A stretch of 63,675 nucleotides of DNA, counting the filler, from Octopus bimaculoides (Eukaryota): the NCBI RefSeq assembly GCF_001194135.2. It is 4 parts of 4 records of this genome, joined end to end, with 100 filler letters (N's around TTAATTAATTAA, not from the genome) between each part and the next. Parts side by side here need not be neighbours in the genome. Positions count along the whole stretch, not along the records: positions 62,595 to 63,675 come from NC_068997.1; 3 more parts are not named here. The stretch is one strand, 5' to 3'. Positions 62,495 through 63,675 of the stretch are shown here, piece after piece. Under the pieces are notes generated by a model. The model was not told where the DNA came from and searched no databases. It saw only the letters and a program-made list of their open reading frames with translations. The position numbers were made by a program, and so were the translations under genes. How positions within the stretch are numbered: position 1 is the first letter of the stretch; every line of letters begins with the position of its first letter.

Positions 62495-62594
62495 NNNNNN
62501 NNNNNNNNNNNNNNNNNNNNNNNNNNNNNNNNNNNNNNTTAATTAATTAANNNNNNNNNNNNNNNNNNNNNNNNNNNNNNNNNNNNNNNNNNNN
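62495..62594. other. Artificial assembly spacer (44 N + TTAATTAATTAA + 44 N)
   Basis: 12-mer at 62539-62550 flanked by 44 N on each side. Confidence 0.95.
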
Positions 62595-62644
<50 letters not shown>

Positions 62645-62802
62645 GTGTGTGTATAGGTAAATATCATGTATGTATATAACCTGTAGCCGTCGTTCACAGG
62701 CAGAATAATAACCGTATTCTTTTCTGGCGCTGAATAGTCCCTAAATATATAAGTATACGACGACCTATGAACTAATGACATACCTTGTAATACAAAATAC
62801 AG

Positions 62803-62849
62803 GTATTTCAGGCGATTTAACAACTGGAACACATATTGTCGAAGCACAG
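62803..62849 (+). CDS. Candidate internal exon
   Basis: ACTAAT branch-like site at 62771, AG at 62801-02 (alternative 62810-11), CAG|GTAAGC donor; reads (G)ISGDLTTGTHIVEAQ; weak pyrimidine tract. Confidence 0.2.
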
Positions 62850-62980
62850 GTAAGCGACGTCTTGTTTATGTATACATTGTGTTCGATCACATTTTCAGCG
62901 TGGTACATCTATAATCATGTATACAGAAACACAACCATATATACATGTATACACCGCCAGCACACCTCCACACGCACACA

Positions 62981-63026
<46 letters not shown>

Positions 63027-63049
63027 CAGTGTGTGTGTGTGTGTGTGTC

Positions 63050-63245
63050 ATGTGTTTCAGGACACTAAATTTCGATTCCTGGACCAGTTGATGCGTTGTA
63101 TTCCTGAGCAAAAATCTTCATTTTACGTTAGTCCAGTCCACTCAGCTGGCAAAAATGAGTAACCCTGTGACGGACCGGCGTCCCGTCCAAGTGGGGAATA
63201 TATATGCAATGAAACCGGCCCTTATGAGTCGAGAAGGTAACTTTA
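63050..63245 (+). mobile_element. SINE family C variant with a V-domain-like segment
   Basis: CORE-like ccagtccactcagctggcaaaaatgagt followed by CCCTGTGACGGACCGGCGTCCCGTCCAAG. Confidence 0.65.
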
Positions 63246-63628
63246 CTTCTACTTTTCTTTTAACTTTGCACTGGGACACATCAAGCCAAAAAGTTCACGC
63301 TACACTCTACGAGTCCACTGCGGTCCACACCGCATCAGGGCACACATCATACCAGGACAGACCAGGTCAGGCCACACCATGAATACAAAGAAAAACGAGC
63401 CGAGACTTAAGCTTAATATACTCTAACTCAGTATTCATTCCACAACATCAGTTGATATCCCGTCAAAATACTCGATAGTAACACGTCCGCACTTTAATGG
63501 AAACAGCGTGTATCAGTCAATTGTTCTCCATTCATTCGTTTAGGTAATCGATATTATTATTTCTCAAGTTTAGAAAAAACAAAGAAAACTAAACAAAGCA
63601 ACAAAAGAAACACAAAGACACACACACA

Positions 63629-63675
<47 letters not shown>

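Noticed and set aside
3693-63162. Most ORFs in the track (YI, HT, CV, SL, poly-X, poly-N/I)
   Set aside because: They are translations of (TA)n, (CA)n, (CT)n, (AAT)n tracts or N gaps, with no coding signature.

Overview
AT-rich, microsatellite-dense eukaryotic genomic DNA with many N gaps. The SINE and LINE repertoire suggests an octopus (cephalopod) draft assembly; that is inferred from recalled repeat families, not from a search. Three artificial 100-bp spacers (44 N + TTAATTAATTAA + 44 N) split the window into four segments that may not be truly adjacent. No intact protein-coding gene is evident: almost all track ORFs are microsatellite or gap artefacts, and only a few low-confidence exon candidates exist. 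Recognisable content is transposon debris: several tRNA-derived SINE families (labelled A, B, C, E here), RTE-type LINE 3' ends, five R4/Dong-like restriction-endonuclease LINE remnants (three stacked head-to-tail in (TAA)n), Tc1, DD37D/maT-like and Tigger remnants, TTAA-flanked MITEs and several foldbacks. The strongest unexplained signal is about a dozen type I hammerhead-ribozyme-like motifs (CUGANGA...GAAA...UH, often with a palindromic stem III). They occur solo, in both arms of foldbacks (with stem II covariation), and in the 3' half of a tRNA-headed SINE, pointing to Penelope-derived, ribozyme-bearing non-autonomous retroelements. Repeat boundaries were read by eye and are approximate.
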